From contig DATFDS010000246.1 in the NCBI GenBank assembly GCA_035251955.1, positions 23,191 to 87,190 on the forward strand: DNA of 64,000 bases. The letters run 5' to 3'. Position numbers and translations under genes: made by a program. Below the pieces are notes generated by a model. The model saw only the letters and a list, made by a program, of their open reading frames with translations, made no database searches and was not told where the DNA came from. Shown here piece by piece: positions 29,956 through 39,575 of this stretch; the first letter of the stretch is position 1; the number at the start of each line of letters is the position of its first letter. This DNA is from Sphingobium sp. (lineage in GTDB: Bacteria > Pseudomonadota > Alphaproteobacteria > Sphingomonadales > Sphingomonadaceae).

Positions 29956-30861
29956 TCACCTCGGCGAGGACTCGCTGCCGCTCAAGGGCTGAGCCTGCGC
30001 CAGCGTCCTGATGAAGGCGATGGTCGCGTCGAAGGTGGCGGCGGCGCCGGTCAGCGCGAAATCGCGCACCACCGCGACATGCTCCATCCCCTCGATCTCC
30101 AAGAGGGTCGCGGGGATGCCCTGCGCGACCAGCGCGGCATGGAAACGGCGGCTGTCCCCGGACAGCACTTCGCCGGTGCCGGTGCTGAGGAAGCTGGGCG
30201 GAAAACCGACCGGGGCGCTGCTCAACGGCGAGGCAAGCGGGTCGCCCGCATCCTGTCCCTGCAGGTAGAGCGCGGCGGCCTCCTGCGCTGCTGCGCGGGA
30301 GAAGAGCGGATCGCTCGCTGCATTCCGTTCGAAGCAGGCGTCCGAAACCCCAAGGTCCAGCCAGGCCGAATGGAGGATGAGACCAGCGAGCGGCACGCCA
30401 TGCCGGACGCAGAGCAGCGCCGCTGCGGCGGCGATCCCGCCCCCTGCCGAATCACCGGCAAGGATCAGCGGCCGACCGGTCGACCGGAATAGATCGATAA
30501 CCGTCAGCGCATCATTGAGGCCGCAAGGGAAAGGATGCTCGGGGGCGAGCCGGTAGGCAGGGCAGATCACCTCCACCCCGGCCGCTGCGGCAAGACGCGC
30601 GGCATAGCCGGCGACCTGCTCGGGAAATCCCTGCCGGAAGCCGCCGCCATGGAAATGGACAAGCAATGGTGCGTGCGGAGCCGGCGCCGGGAAGCGCAGC
30701 GCCCGCACGCCGCCCAGCATCTGCTCGACCGGCGCCGGTTCAACCCGCCAGAAACCGGCGAGGCGCGCCTGCTCCATCGCCGCGCGCCGCTCCGCCAGAG
30801 CAGGCGGGCAGTCATGCCCCTCCCGCTCCGGCAGCCGGGCGTCGAGCAGTCCGCCGTTCAT
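29956..30861 (-). CDS. HSL-family alpha/beta hydrolase
   Basis: HFHGGG, YRLAPEHPFP, GDSAGG. Confidence 0.9.
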   Translation of the reverse strand: MNGGLLDARLPEREGHDCPPALAERRAAMEQARLAGFWRVEPAPVEQMLGGVRALRFPAPAPHAPLLVHFHGGGFRQGFPEQVAGYAARLAAAAGVEVICPAYRLAPEHPFPCGLNDALTVIDLFRSTGRPLILAGDSAGGGIAAAAALLCVRHGVPLAGLILHSAWLDLGVSDACFERNAASDPLFSRAAAQEAAALYLQGQDAGDPLASPLSSAPVGFPPSFLSTGTGEVLSGDSRRFHAALVAQGIPATLLEIEGMEHVAVVRDFALTGAAATFDATIAFIRTLAQAQPLSGSESSPR

Positions 30862-31700
30862 CCCTCCTGGTCCAACCCTATCGTGCCGCCCTTTTTGACC
30901 GCACTCGAAAGGTTGAACAGATCGGCCGCGAGATAGCCGCCGTCCACCGCCAGCGTCTGGCCGGTCACATAAGGCGTCATGTCCGACAGGAAGAAGGCGG
31001 CGGCCTTGGCGATGTCGTCGGTAAAGCCCCGGCGCTGCATCGGGATACGCTCCATGCTGTGCCGCTCGGTTTCCCGATCCTTGAGCGGGATGCGCGGCGT
31101 GACGGTGGCGCCGGGCGCGACACAATTCACGCGGATGTTGTGCGGCGCCCATTCGACCGCCATCGTGCGCACCATGTTGATGAGCCCCGCCTTGGCGGCG
31201 CCATAGGAAACATGCATCCGCGCCGAGCGCATGCCGTCGACCGAGGCCACCATCGCCATCGAACCGCCCGCCTGCCGCTCGATCATCCGCCGCGCGACCT
31301 CCCGTGCGGCGATGAAGACATAGCGCAGGTTACGGCGGTGGTCGTGATCCCAAAGCTCCGGGGACGTGTCCAGGATCGACGCCCAGCCCGCCATGCCGAC
31401 GATCGTCGCCAGTCCGTCCAGCGGACCGAACTCGCGCTCGGTCCGGTCGATCGCATCGATCAGCGCCGCGTCGTCGAGCACATCGGCCGCGACCGGATAG
31501 GCGACCCCGCCCGCCGTCCCGATCGCATCGGCGACCCCTGCGGCACGATCAACCTCCAGATCCATGACCGCGACCGCGCAGCCCAGGCTGGCGAGCAGGG
31601 TTGCCGTCGCCTCTCCCATGCCCTGGCCGCCGCCGATGACGAGAACGCGCCGCCCCTCAAGGCCGAAGAGCGTGCGCGCCGTGTCTGTGCCGCCGCTCAT
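30858..31700 (-). CDS. SDR family oxidoreductase
   Basis: GGGQGMG, YGAAK, VTGQTLAVDGG. Confidence 0.92.
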   Translation of the reverse strand: MSGGTDTARTLFGLEGRRVLVIGGGQGMGEATATLLASLGCAVAVMDLEVDRAAGVADAIGTAGGVAYPVAADVLDDAALIDAIDRTEREFGPLDGLATIVGMAGWASILDTSPELWDHDHRRNLRYVFIAAREVARRMIERQAGGSMAMVASVDGMRSARMHVSYGAAKAGLINMVRTMAVEWAPHNIRVNCVAPGATVTPRIPLKDRETERHSMERIPMQRRGFTDDIAKAAAFFLSDMTPYVTGQTLAVDGGYLAADLFNLSSAVKKGGTIGLDQEG

Positions 31701-32902
31701 ATCGGCTGCACCTGGGGGACGCGCGGCTTGGCCTTGAGCGCCGCGACCTTCTCCGCCTCGCGCATGCTGGCGGACAGTGCCGGGACGGCCTTCGACCCGC
31801 GCTTCTTGAGCTCGGGAATGACATGCGTCCCCAGCAGTTCGATCGACCGCAGTACCGCCTCATGGGGCAGATAGCCGAAGTTCAGATAGCAAAGCAGCTG
31901 GTCGACGCCGGCTTCCTCGAACTTCAGTATCTTGCGGATGCACTCGTCGGGCGTGCCCACGACCACCATGTCCTCGCGGTCGAATTCGGTGATGTCGAAA
32001 TCGCCGCGCAGCCGGGCATTGAGCAGCGGGAACATCTGTTCCTTTTCCTCATCGCTCATATAGTCGAATTCCCATTTCAGGTGGAATTCGGCGATGCCCT
32101 TGTACCACCACCACATCGATTCCCACAGCCGGTTGGTGTCGAACTTGTCACGCGAGTCGGTGCAGTGGACGAGCGTGTAGGCGCCCACCTTGTTGGTGTG
32201 GATGCCGGTCAGCGGCACCGCCCGCTCCTGTGCCTTGTGATAGGCGGCGACCACTTCCCTGAGCTTGTCGAGCGGCTGCATGATCGAAAAGCACAGCAGG
32301 CCGCAACCATTCTCGCCGGCCATGGTCGCACTCGATTCGGTCGAGGCCGCCATCCAGGCCGGAGGATGCGGATATTGATAAGGTTTGGGCGTCACCATCC
32401 GCTTGGGAAACTTCAGATATTCTGAATCCTCCTCATAATATTCCTGGTCCCACATGCCCACGACTGTCCGAGCAGCCGCCTTCATCTTGTCCTTGCTGGA
32501 CTTGATGTCGACGCCGAAGGCATGTTGCTCCATCGGTGTCGATCGGCCCATGCCCCAGATCGCCCGACCGCGAGACAGGAGGTCGACGGTCGCGACCTTC
32601 TCGGCAATGCGTGCGGGGTGGATGAACTCGTGCGGCATCAGCGATACGCCGAAACCCAGCTTGATATTCTCCGTGATCTGCGACAGCGCGCCCAACACGA
32701 CCTCGTTGCTGGGCATGTGGCTGCGGTTCTCGCGAAAATGATGCTCGACCAGCCAGACCGCCTCGAACCCCATCTTGTCCGCCAGCACGATCTGCTCGAT
32801 GTTTTCGCGGTAGACGTTGCGCTCCGCCATACGCTGGCCCCAAGGATGTTCCCCGGCCCAAGGCTGGGGAACATCGAACTCATAGAGCAGGCCCAGTTCC
32901 AT
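31697..32902 (-). CDS. LLM-class (luciferase-like) flavin-dependent oxidoreductase
   Basis: ADKMGFEAVWLVEHHF, HPARIAEKVATVDLLSRGR, PKPYQYPHPP. Confidence 0.92.
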   Translation of the reverse strand: MELGLLYEFDVPQPWAGEHPWGQRMAERNVYRENIEQIVLADKMGFEAVWLVEHHFRENRSHMPSNEVVLGALSQITENIKLGFGVSLMPHEFIHPARIAEKVATVDLLSRGRAIWGMGRSTPMEQHAFGVDIKSSKDKMKAAARTVVGMWDQEYYEEDSEYLKFPKRMVTPKPYQYPHPPAWMAASTESSATMAGENGCGLLCFSIMQPLDKLREVVAAYHKAQERAVPLTGIHTNKVGAYTLVHCTDSRDKFDTNRLWESMWWWYKGIAEFHLKWEFDYMSDEEKEQMFPLLNARLRGDFDITEFDREDMVVVGTPDECIRKILKFEEAGVDQLLCYLNFGYLPHEAVLRSIELLGTHVIPELKKRGSKAVPALSASMREAEKVAALKAKPRVPQVQPI

Positions 32903-33030
32903 ATTTCATCCTCTTCCTGATCGCTGGATGAAGATGATCTGCTGCCATTTGGGACGGATTCTCAATGTTTTTCGCATGTCGCGGCGCAAGTTTATATTTA
33001 CGCATTTCCAGGCATCGTCCAAGCCCCCGG

Positions 33031-33957
33031 CTAATCGTCCGCCTCTACCTCCAGCAACTGTGGATTGTCCGCGATATAGCGCTGCGTCAGGTCGACGAAA
33101 CTGCGCGCCACGGGGGTCGAATGTTCCGAGGCCCAGATCATCGTCAGTTCCCAGGGCCTGTAGGGCGGCGCGTCCTCGATCCGCAGGAAGCGCACATTGC
33201 GCGGCTGCGCCCGCTCGGCATGCGCCATGATGACGCTGCAACCCATGCCCGCCCCGACCAGGCTCAACGTGGTGTTGAGCTGCGTCGCCTCCTGCGCCAC
33301 GCGCGGCATCACGCCTGCCCTTTCGAACATGGCGAGCGTTTCGGAATAATAGGGCGCATATTTCTGCGGCGGCAGGATTAGCGGCAGGTCCGCCAGATCG
33401 GTGAGCCGCACCGAATCCTTGCGGGCAATATCCCAGTCGGCCGGCACCGCGATGCGGCGGCCGGATCGCTCGACCGCCATCGCCTCGATCCCGGGCACAT
33501 GATCGGTCAGCGCCGAGAGGAAACCGACATCCACCTCGCCCGCCAGCACCGCCTTGATCTGCACCGTTGAGGGCATTTCCAGCAGGCGCGCCTCCACGTC
33601 CGGCCTGGTCCGGCGGTGGAAGACGATCAGGTCCGGCAGAAAGCGGAACAGCGCCGGGCCGATGAAGCCGATCCGCACCTCGACCTGCTTGGCGGCGGCG
33701 CGCTGCGCCATCTGGCGGGCGAGATGGGCCTGCATCAGCGTCTTGCGCGCTTCCGCCAGGAAGACGCGGCCAGCCTCGGTCAACTCGGCGACCCGGCGGG
33801 TGCGGTCGAACAGTTCGACGCCCAGATCCTGCTCCAGCCGCCGCATCGCCTGGCTGAGCGGCGGTTGCGCCATGTTGAGCCGCCGCGCCGCCCGGCCGAA
33901 GTGCCGCTCCTCCGCGACAGCGACGAATTGCCGCATATGCCTGAGATCCATTGCCAT
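33031..33957 (-). CDS. LysR family transcriptional regulator
   Basis: LRHMRQFVAVAEERHFGRAARRLNMAQPPLSQ helix-turn-helix. Confidence 0.95.
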   Translation of the reverse strand: MAMDLRHMRQFVAVAEERHFGRAARRLNMAQPPLSQAMRRLEQDLGVELFDRTRRVAELTEAGRVFLAEARKTLMQAHLARQMAQRAAAKQVEVRIGFIGPALFRFLPDLIVFHRRTRPDVEARLLEMPSTVQIKAVLAGEVDVGFLSALTDHVPGIEAMAVERSGRRIAVPADWDIARKDSVRLTDLADLPLILPPQKYAPYYSETLAMFERAGVMPRVAQEATQLNTTLSLVGAGMGCSVIMAHAERAQPRNVRFLRIEDAPPYRPWELTMIWASEHSTPVARSFVDLTQRYIADNPQLLEVEADD

Positions 33958-34034
33958 GCCCCGCCTTTAGCGCAGGCGGGCTGGAAAAGGATAAGGAAAA
34001 GGATAGGGCGGCGCCATGGCGGCGATGTCAGGCG

Positions 34035-35039
34035 TCAGCCCTTCGCGGCCATCGGAAGGACCTTTTCCGCGACGGTGCGCAGATAGCGCCAGCCGATCTC
34101 GGGCGGCATGCCGCCGATCAGCGGGTGCAGCCGCAGCACCTCACCCTGCCGGACGCGGTCCGCCGCTTCCTCGACCGTCAATATCAGATGGCTGCGATTT
34201 TCTGCGCGCAGTTCCTGCCAATTCTTCGCAAAGGAGATGCTGCTACTGTCGCCCCGCTCGCCCGCGGGCCCCTCATACCATTGCGCATAGCCGAGCACAT
34301 CGTTCATCATATAGGGGCCGATTTCCTCCCAGGCGGCGTCCACATCGTCGGCCACGAAGATCACGGCCGTCTCGTCATGGCGGGTCATGATGAAATTGCC
34401 CGGCGTCTGGCCATGTGCGGCGCACGCCTCGTCATAGGCCGCCCGCAGCGCCGGATCGCTGCGCTGGCCGAGAAAGTCGAGGCCGTATTTCCCCGCTCGG
34501 CGCGCCGCCGGGATGGAACCCCCGCCCCAACCGATACGCGGGCCGCCCGGCGTGTAGGGACGCGGCGTCACATGGATGCGCCGGCCGTCATGCTCGAACG
34601 GCTCGCCCGTGACGGCGCGCAGCAGGATCGCAAGATTCTCTTCGGCGATCGCGCCGCGCCGCCGGAATTCGACCCCGTGCATCGCATATTCGTAAGGGAC
34701 ATAGCCCAGGCCGCCGACATAGCGCACACGCCCGCGCGCGATGTTGTCGAGCACGCACATCTCCTCCGCCAACCGGACGGGGCTGTAGAGCGGCAGCTGG
34801 ATGATCGCGATCATGATCCCGATCGTCGACGTGCGCGCCGCAATGGCAGAGGCCGCGATCAGCGGCGAGGGCAGATAGCCGTCCGGGCTCATATGATGTT
34901 CGGTCAGCGAGACGGCGACCCCGCCCCTGCTTTCGGCCCAGCCGCACATGTCGAGCGCCGCCGTAAAGAGATCGGCGGTGGACGCGCAGCCTTCCGGCGC
35001 GCGCATATCAAAACGCATCGCATACATGATTTGTGACAT
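34035..35039 (-). CDS. LLM-class flavin-dependent oxidoreductase
   Basis: TEHHMSPDGYLPSP, PVRLAEEMCVLD, GLGY. Confidence 0.9.
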   Translation of the reverse strand: MSQIMYAMRFDMRAPEGCASTADLFTAALDMCGWAESRGGVAVSLTEHHMSPDGYLPSPLIAASAIAARTSTIGIMIAIIQLPLYSPVRLAEEMCVLDNIARGRVRYVGGLGYVPYEYAMHGVEFRRRGAIAEENLAILLRAVTGEPFEHDGRRIHVTPRPYTPGGPRIGWGGGSIPAARRAGKYGLDFLGQRSDPALRAAYDEACAAHGQTPGNFIMTRHDETAVIFVADDVDAAWEEIGPYMMNDVLGYAQWYEGPAGERGDSSSISFAKNWQELRAENRSHLILTVEEAADRVRQGEVLRLHPLIGGMPPEIGWRYLRTVAEKVLPMAAKG

Positions 35040-35170
35040 CCTCTCCTGCGGGACTCCCTGAGTGGAGGGAAGGCAGGCCCCGAGTCAATGCGGTTCCCGA
35101 TTGATCTTGCCCAACCGCGACGGCAAGGTCCGTGCGCACGCGACCGCAAGAATGCGCGCGGAGAGGAGCG

Positions 35171-36091
35171 ATGAGCATCGAGCATCACCTGGCCCGGCGC
35201 GACCGGAACGCGACGATACAATCGCAGCCGCCCTGGATCGAAGAGGCGCTTGCCTATCCCTGCGAACGATCCTTCGCAGCCGTCGAGGGTGTTGAACTGG
35301 AGACCCTGTCCTGGGGCCGGCGCGGCGATCCGGGCCTGCTGCTGATCCACGGTTTCGCCGCGTCGGCCGACTGGTGGATGTTCACCGCGCCCTTCCTCGC
35401 ACGGAACCGACGCGTCGTCGCCTTGTCCTTCAGCGGCTCGGGCCGCTCGGGCTGGCGCGATGCCTATGGCGTGGAGCAATGGACGCGCGAGGCGATCGGT
35501 TGCATTGAGGCCTGCGGACTGATGGAGGGCGGCCCCGTCGCCATCGCGGCCCATTCCTTCGGCTCGAGCGCCGGCGCCCGCGCGGCCGCCGCGCTGGGCG
35601 AGCGGGCCCGTGCCTTCATCATCCTCGACCGCCCGATCGTGCAGCGCTATCTGCGCTCGCCCGAACCCGTGGCGCCCAAGCCGTCGAGCCGCTGGGCCTC
35701 GCGCACGGAGGCGATGGCGCGCTATCGGACACTGCCACCTGTCACCCATGCCGAACCAGCGGTGATTGCGCATGTCGCGCAGGCCGCCATCCACCGCCCG
35801 GTCGACGAGAATTGCTGGACCTGGCGGCAGGACCCCGATCTGCGCGCGAAACTGGTTTCGGGCCAGATCTCCATCGCCGACGAACTGGCCGCCATGCGCT
35901 GCGCCAAAACCTTCCTGCGCGGCGCCCATTCCACGCTGTTCCCGCCTGAGGATGCAGCGGAAATCCGGACGGCCGGCATGCAACTGATCGAGATACCGGG
36001 CGCCGACCATCATCTCATGCTGGAACAGCCGATCGCGACCTGTGTCGCGATCGACCTGGCGCTGGCCTTCACGGAGTGGGACAAGCGATGA
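35171..36091 (+). CDS. Alpha/beta fold hydrolase
   Basis: LLIHG, AHSFG nucleophile elbow, ADHHLMLEQP. Confidence 0.88.
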   Translation: MSIEHHLARRDRNATIQSQPPWIEEALAYPCERSFAAVEGVELETLSWGRRGDPGLLLIHGFAASADWWMFTAPFLARNRRVVALSFSGSGRSGWRDAYGVEQWTREAIGCIEACGLMEGGPVAIAAHSFGSSAGARAAAALGERARAFIILDRPIVQRYLRSPEPVAPKPSSRWASRTEAMARYRTLPPVTHAEPAVIAHVAQAAIHRPVDENCWTWRQDPDLRAKLVSGQISIADELAAMRCAKTFLRGAHSTLFPPEDAAEIRTAGMQLIEIPGADHHLMLEQPIATCVAIDLALAFTEWDKR

Positions 36092-36210
36092 GCGCGACGG
36101 TCGTTCCGATGCATGGATCGCAGCAGGGAGCCTGGTGCTGGGCCTCGGTAATAGAGGGCCTGGCGGTGCGGACCATCGCCGGCATCGCGACAGACAGGCG
36201 GCCGTCATGA
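36088..36210 (+). pseudogene. 40-aa mini-ORF, probably an internally deleted alpha/beta-hydrolase
   Basis: MSATVVPMHGSQQGAWCWASVIEGLAVRTIAGIATDRRPS*, with ATGA overlaps to both neighbours. Confidence 0.6.
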
Positions 36211-36968
36211 CCGTCGCGCCGGGAAGCGTGCTGCTGGTGACGGGCGCAAGCGGCGGCATCGGCTTCGAGATCGCGGCACAGGCAGCAGAAGCCGGTGCGG
36301 TCGTGGGTGTCCACGGGTCGCGCGGGGCAACGGTAGAGGCGGCGGTCACACGGCTCAGGGAACGGGTGCCGGCCGGGCGCTTCATCGCGCTGCCCGCCGA
36401 CTTTCGCGAACCGGGCGCAATCGAGTTGGTGATCGCGCAGCTGACGGCCGAGACGGGCGGGCTGGACGCGCTGGTACATTGCGCGATCACGGGTGCGCCG
36501 GGCATTACCGGGGCCTTTCGCGACACCGATCCGGACAATTTCGGCGCCGCCATGCAGAATATGATCGGCATCTTCCAACGCCTCTGCTTCGCCGCCCTCC
36601 CCCATCTGTCCGAACGCGGCGGTACGATCATCGCCTTCGCGTCCGACAATGGGCGCTTCGCCGCCCCGCGCCAATCGATCATCGGCGCCGCCTATGGCGG
36701 CATCATGGCCTTTGTCCGCAATCTGGCGGTGGAAGTGGGACGCGACGGGGTGCGCGTCCATTGCCTTTCGCCCAGCTATGTGATGAACACCCCGGTGTTC
36801 GACCGTTTCGCCGCTACGTCCGACAGGGCGATACGTGCGAACCAACGCGCCCCGCTCGGCCTGCCGACGCCGCAGGACATCGCGCCGATCGCGCTGTTCC
36901 TGTGCGGACCGGGCGCGACGAAGATCACGGGGCAGGTCATCAGCATCAACGGCGGCCTGCATGCCTGA
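36207..36968 (+). CDS. Atypical SDR family protein
   Basis: TGASGGIG and ITGQVISINGG present, but IGAAY occupies the YxxxK position. Confidence 0.85.
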   Translation: MTVAPGSVLLVTGASGGIGFEIAAQAAEAGAVVGVHGSRGATVEAAVTRLRERVPAGRFIALPADFREPGAIELVIAQLTAETGGLDALVHCAITGAPGITGAFRDTDPDNFGAAMQNMIGIFQRLCFAALPHLSERGGTIIAFASDNGRFAAPRQSIIGAAYGGIMAFVRNLAVEVGRDGVRVHCLSPSYVMNTPVFDRFAATSDRAIRANQRAPLGLPTPQDIAPIALFLCGPGATKITGQVISINGGLHA

Positions 36969-37010
36969 GGCGGACAGTTTCCAGATGCCCGGCCGCATCG
37001 GGAGAGTGAC

Positions 37011-38363
37011 ATGGGTGAAACAGCGACGAAGACGCTTGGAAACGCGGGAGAAATACCCGCGGTGCCCGTGCCCGCCTCGACCGTGTCGGACGAACATGGC
37101 GCAGCCGGTCTCCGCCGGATGACCGCCGCGCAGGAATGGCGCGCCTATTGGCCGATGGTGCTGGCCGCCTTCGTCAGCCTGGGCTTTCCGATCATGCCCT
37201 ATAACAGCCTGGGCCTGTTCATCGAGCCGCTCAGCCATGAGTTCGGCTGGAGCCGGACCATCGTCACCGCCGGCGCCAGCCTGGCGGCGATACTCGCCGT
37301 GCCCTGTTCGCCCTTCATCGGCGCGCTGGTCGACCGCTGGGGCGTGCGAAGGCTGGCCCTGCCCGGCCTTATCCTGACGGCCAGCGCCATGGCCGCGTTC
37401 GGGCTGGCCACCGGCTCTCCCGGCCAATGGCTTATGCTGTGGGGCATGTATGCGGTCGTCGCACTCCTACTCAAGAGCACCATCTGGACCGCCGCCATTT
37501 CCCATGCCTTCACTGCCGGGCGCAGCGTGGCGCTGGCCGCCGTGCTGTCCGGCGGCGCCGGCTTCTCGGCAGCGATCACGCCGCCACTGACCGAATGGCT
37601 GATCGACGAGCATGGCTGGCGCGCGGCCTATTGGCTGCTCGCGGTCGGGTGGGGAGCACCTGCCTTCCTCCTGTCCCTCCTCTTCCTGCGCGACATCAGG
37701 GGCGGCCGAGACATGCGGCAGGCGGCCGGTCATGCGGTCGCTGCAGTCGACCTGCCCGGCCTTACCGTGCGCCAGGCGCTGCGCAGCCCGCCGCTGATCC
37801 GCATCGCCATCGCCACCTTCTTCACGCTGATCCTGACCTCCGCGCTGATCGTGCATAAGGTGCCGCTGCTGACGGAGGCGGGCGTGACGCGCCAGACCGC
37901 GGCATGGCTGACCAGCCTGTCGGGCATTGCCGGCCTCGTCGGTGGCCTTACCACCGGCTGGCTGCTGGGTCGCTTCAATGTCGGGCTGGTCGGCGGCATC
38001 ACCAACGCGGCGATGGCCGTGTCGCTCGTGCCCCTGCTGGAGCCCTTCCGCACGCCGACGCTGATCGTGCTGTCGATGCTGGTCGTGGGCTATGCCGGTG
38101 GCACGAAGCTGCAGATGTGCTCCTACCTCACCGGCCTGTACGGCGGCATGCGCAATTATGGGAAGATTTTCGGCCTCATGGCGAGCATTATCGCGTTTAC
38201 CGGCGCGATGTCGCCAATGTTCGGATCGGCCATCTATGACCTTAGCGGCAGTTACACCTTGCTGATCCTGATCGGCATTCCGCTGAGCCTGATTTCCAGC
38301 TTCCTGCTCTTCGGACTTGGCCCCATTCCGGACTGGACGAAGCAGTCCGCCGAAAAGGGCTGA
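37011..38363 (+). CDS. MFS transporter
   Basis: GALVDRWGVR motif A and about 12 hydrophobic segments. Confidence 0.9.
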   Translation: MGETATKTLGNAGEIPAVPVPASTVSDEHGAAGLRRMTAAQEWRAYWPMVLAAFVSLGFPIMPYNSLGLFIEPLSHEFGWSRTIVTAGASLAAILAVPCSPFIGALVDRWGVRRLALPGLILTASAMAAFGLATGSPGQWLMLWGMYAVVALLLKSTIWTAAISHAFTAGRSVALAAVLSGGAGFSAAITPPLTEWLIDEHGWRAAYWLLAVGWGAPAFLLSLLFLRDIRGGRDMRQAAGHAVAAVDLPGLTVRQALRSPPLIRIAIATFFTLILTSALIVHKVPLLTEAGVTRQTAAWLTSLSGIAGLVGGLTTGWLLGRFNVGLVGGITNAAMAVSLVPLLEPFRTPTLIVLSMLVVGYAGGTKLQMCSYLTGLYGGMRNYGKIFGLMASIIAFTGAMSPMFGSAIYDLSGSYTLLILIGIPLSLISSFLLFGLGPIPDWTKQSAEKG

Positions 38364-38402
38364 TGACGGCGCCCGGCCTTATGGACCGGGCGTCCGCCTA
38401 TA

Positions 38403-39575
38403 TCAGCGCGGCATGTTCAGGATGCGCTCGGAGATGATGTTGCGCATGATCTCGTTGCTGCCGCCCGCGATCGTGCCGCCGATGCCGGTCAGGTAGGTGA
38501 ACATCGGGTCCCAGGACAGTTCGTCGAAGCCGGGGTTGAAGTTCTGACTTTCCGGGCCGACCGCGCGGGTCATGAAATCGCCGACCAGCTTGCGAAGCTC
38601 GGTGTTGATGATCTTGATGAAGGGCACGATCACACCGGCTTCCGACGATCCCGCCTTGGTATAGCGCAGCAGCTTGCGCATCATCCGTCGGCAGCCCTGG
38701 ACTTCGGCGAACAGACGCACGAACTCACGGCGCAGTTCGTCGTCTTTCAACCAGGGCGCGTCAGTCTTCACCGCGTCGGCGTAGAAGGCCTCCATCATGT
38801 AGCGCATACGCTCGTTGCGCTCGAAGGAGAGGACGCCGCGCTCGGAAGCGAGCGTCGTCTGCGCCACCGCCCAGCCTTCATTTTCCGGGCCGACCATGTT
38901 CTCAACCGGGATCTTCACATCGGTCAGGAAGATTTCGGCGAATTTTGCCAGACCATTGGCCTGGGTCAGCGGCCGCACCTCGACGCCGGGCGAATCCATG
39001 TCGAGGATGAAATAGCTGATCCCCTTATGCTTGGGCGCATCGGGATCGGTGCGCGTCAGCAGGATGCAGTGCTTGGCGTACATGGCGTGCGACGACCAGA
39101 TCTTCTGGCCGTTGACGATATAGTGGTCGCCCTCCCGCACGGCGCGGGTGCGCACGGCGGCAAGGTCGGAGCCTGCACCCGGTTCGGAAAAGCCCTGGCA
39201 CCAGATCGTGCCATTGGCGACGCCCGGCAGATATTTCTCCTTCTGCGCGTCCGTGCCCCATTTCATGAGCGTGGCGGGGAGATGGTTGATCGACACCGTG
39301 AACTGGCCGAGCGAAGGCGCACCTGCGCGAACGATCTCCTCCGCGATGATGATCTGGTTGTAGAGCGACAGGTCCGACCCGCCATAGGCGGACGGCCAGT
39401 GGGGCGTGCCCAGGCCCACCTTGTTGCGTTCGGCCATCCACCATTTCTGGCTCTTGTGGAAACTCTTGGCATCGCCCGGAATGGGGCGCGCCTCGTCGGA
39501 TTTCAGCACATCGGCGAGCCATTCGCGCAATGCCGCGCGGAAGGCGGCTTCGTCGTTCACCTTGTCCAGTATCAC
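38403..39575 (-). CDS. Acyl-CoA dehydrogenase (long subunit type)
   Basis: WCQGFSEPGAGSDLA, NGQKIWSS, TIAGGSNEI. Confidence 0.93.
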   Translation of the reverse strand: MILDKVNDEAAFRAALREWLADVLKSDEARPIPGDAKSFHKSQKWWMAERNKVGLGTPHWPSAYGGSDLSLYNQIIIAEEIVRAGAPSLGQFTVSINHLPATLMKWGTDAQKEKYLPGVANGTIWCQGFSEPGAGSDLAAVRTRAVREGDHYIVNGQKIWSSHAMYAKHCILLTRTDPDAPKHKGISYFILDMDSPGVEVRPLTQANGLAKFAEIFLTDVKIPVENMVGPENEGWAVAQTTLASERGVLSFERNERMRYMMEAFYADAVKTDAPWLKDDELRREFVRLFAEVQGCRRMMRKLLRYTKAGSSEAGVIVPFIKIINTELRKLVGDFMTRAVGPESQNFNPGFDELSWDPMFTYLTGIGGTIAGGSNEIMRNIISERILNMPR

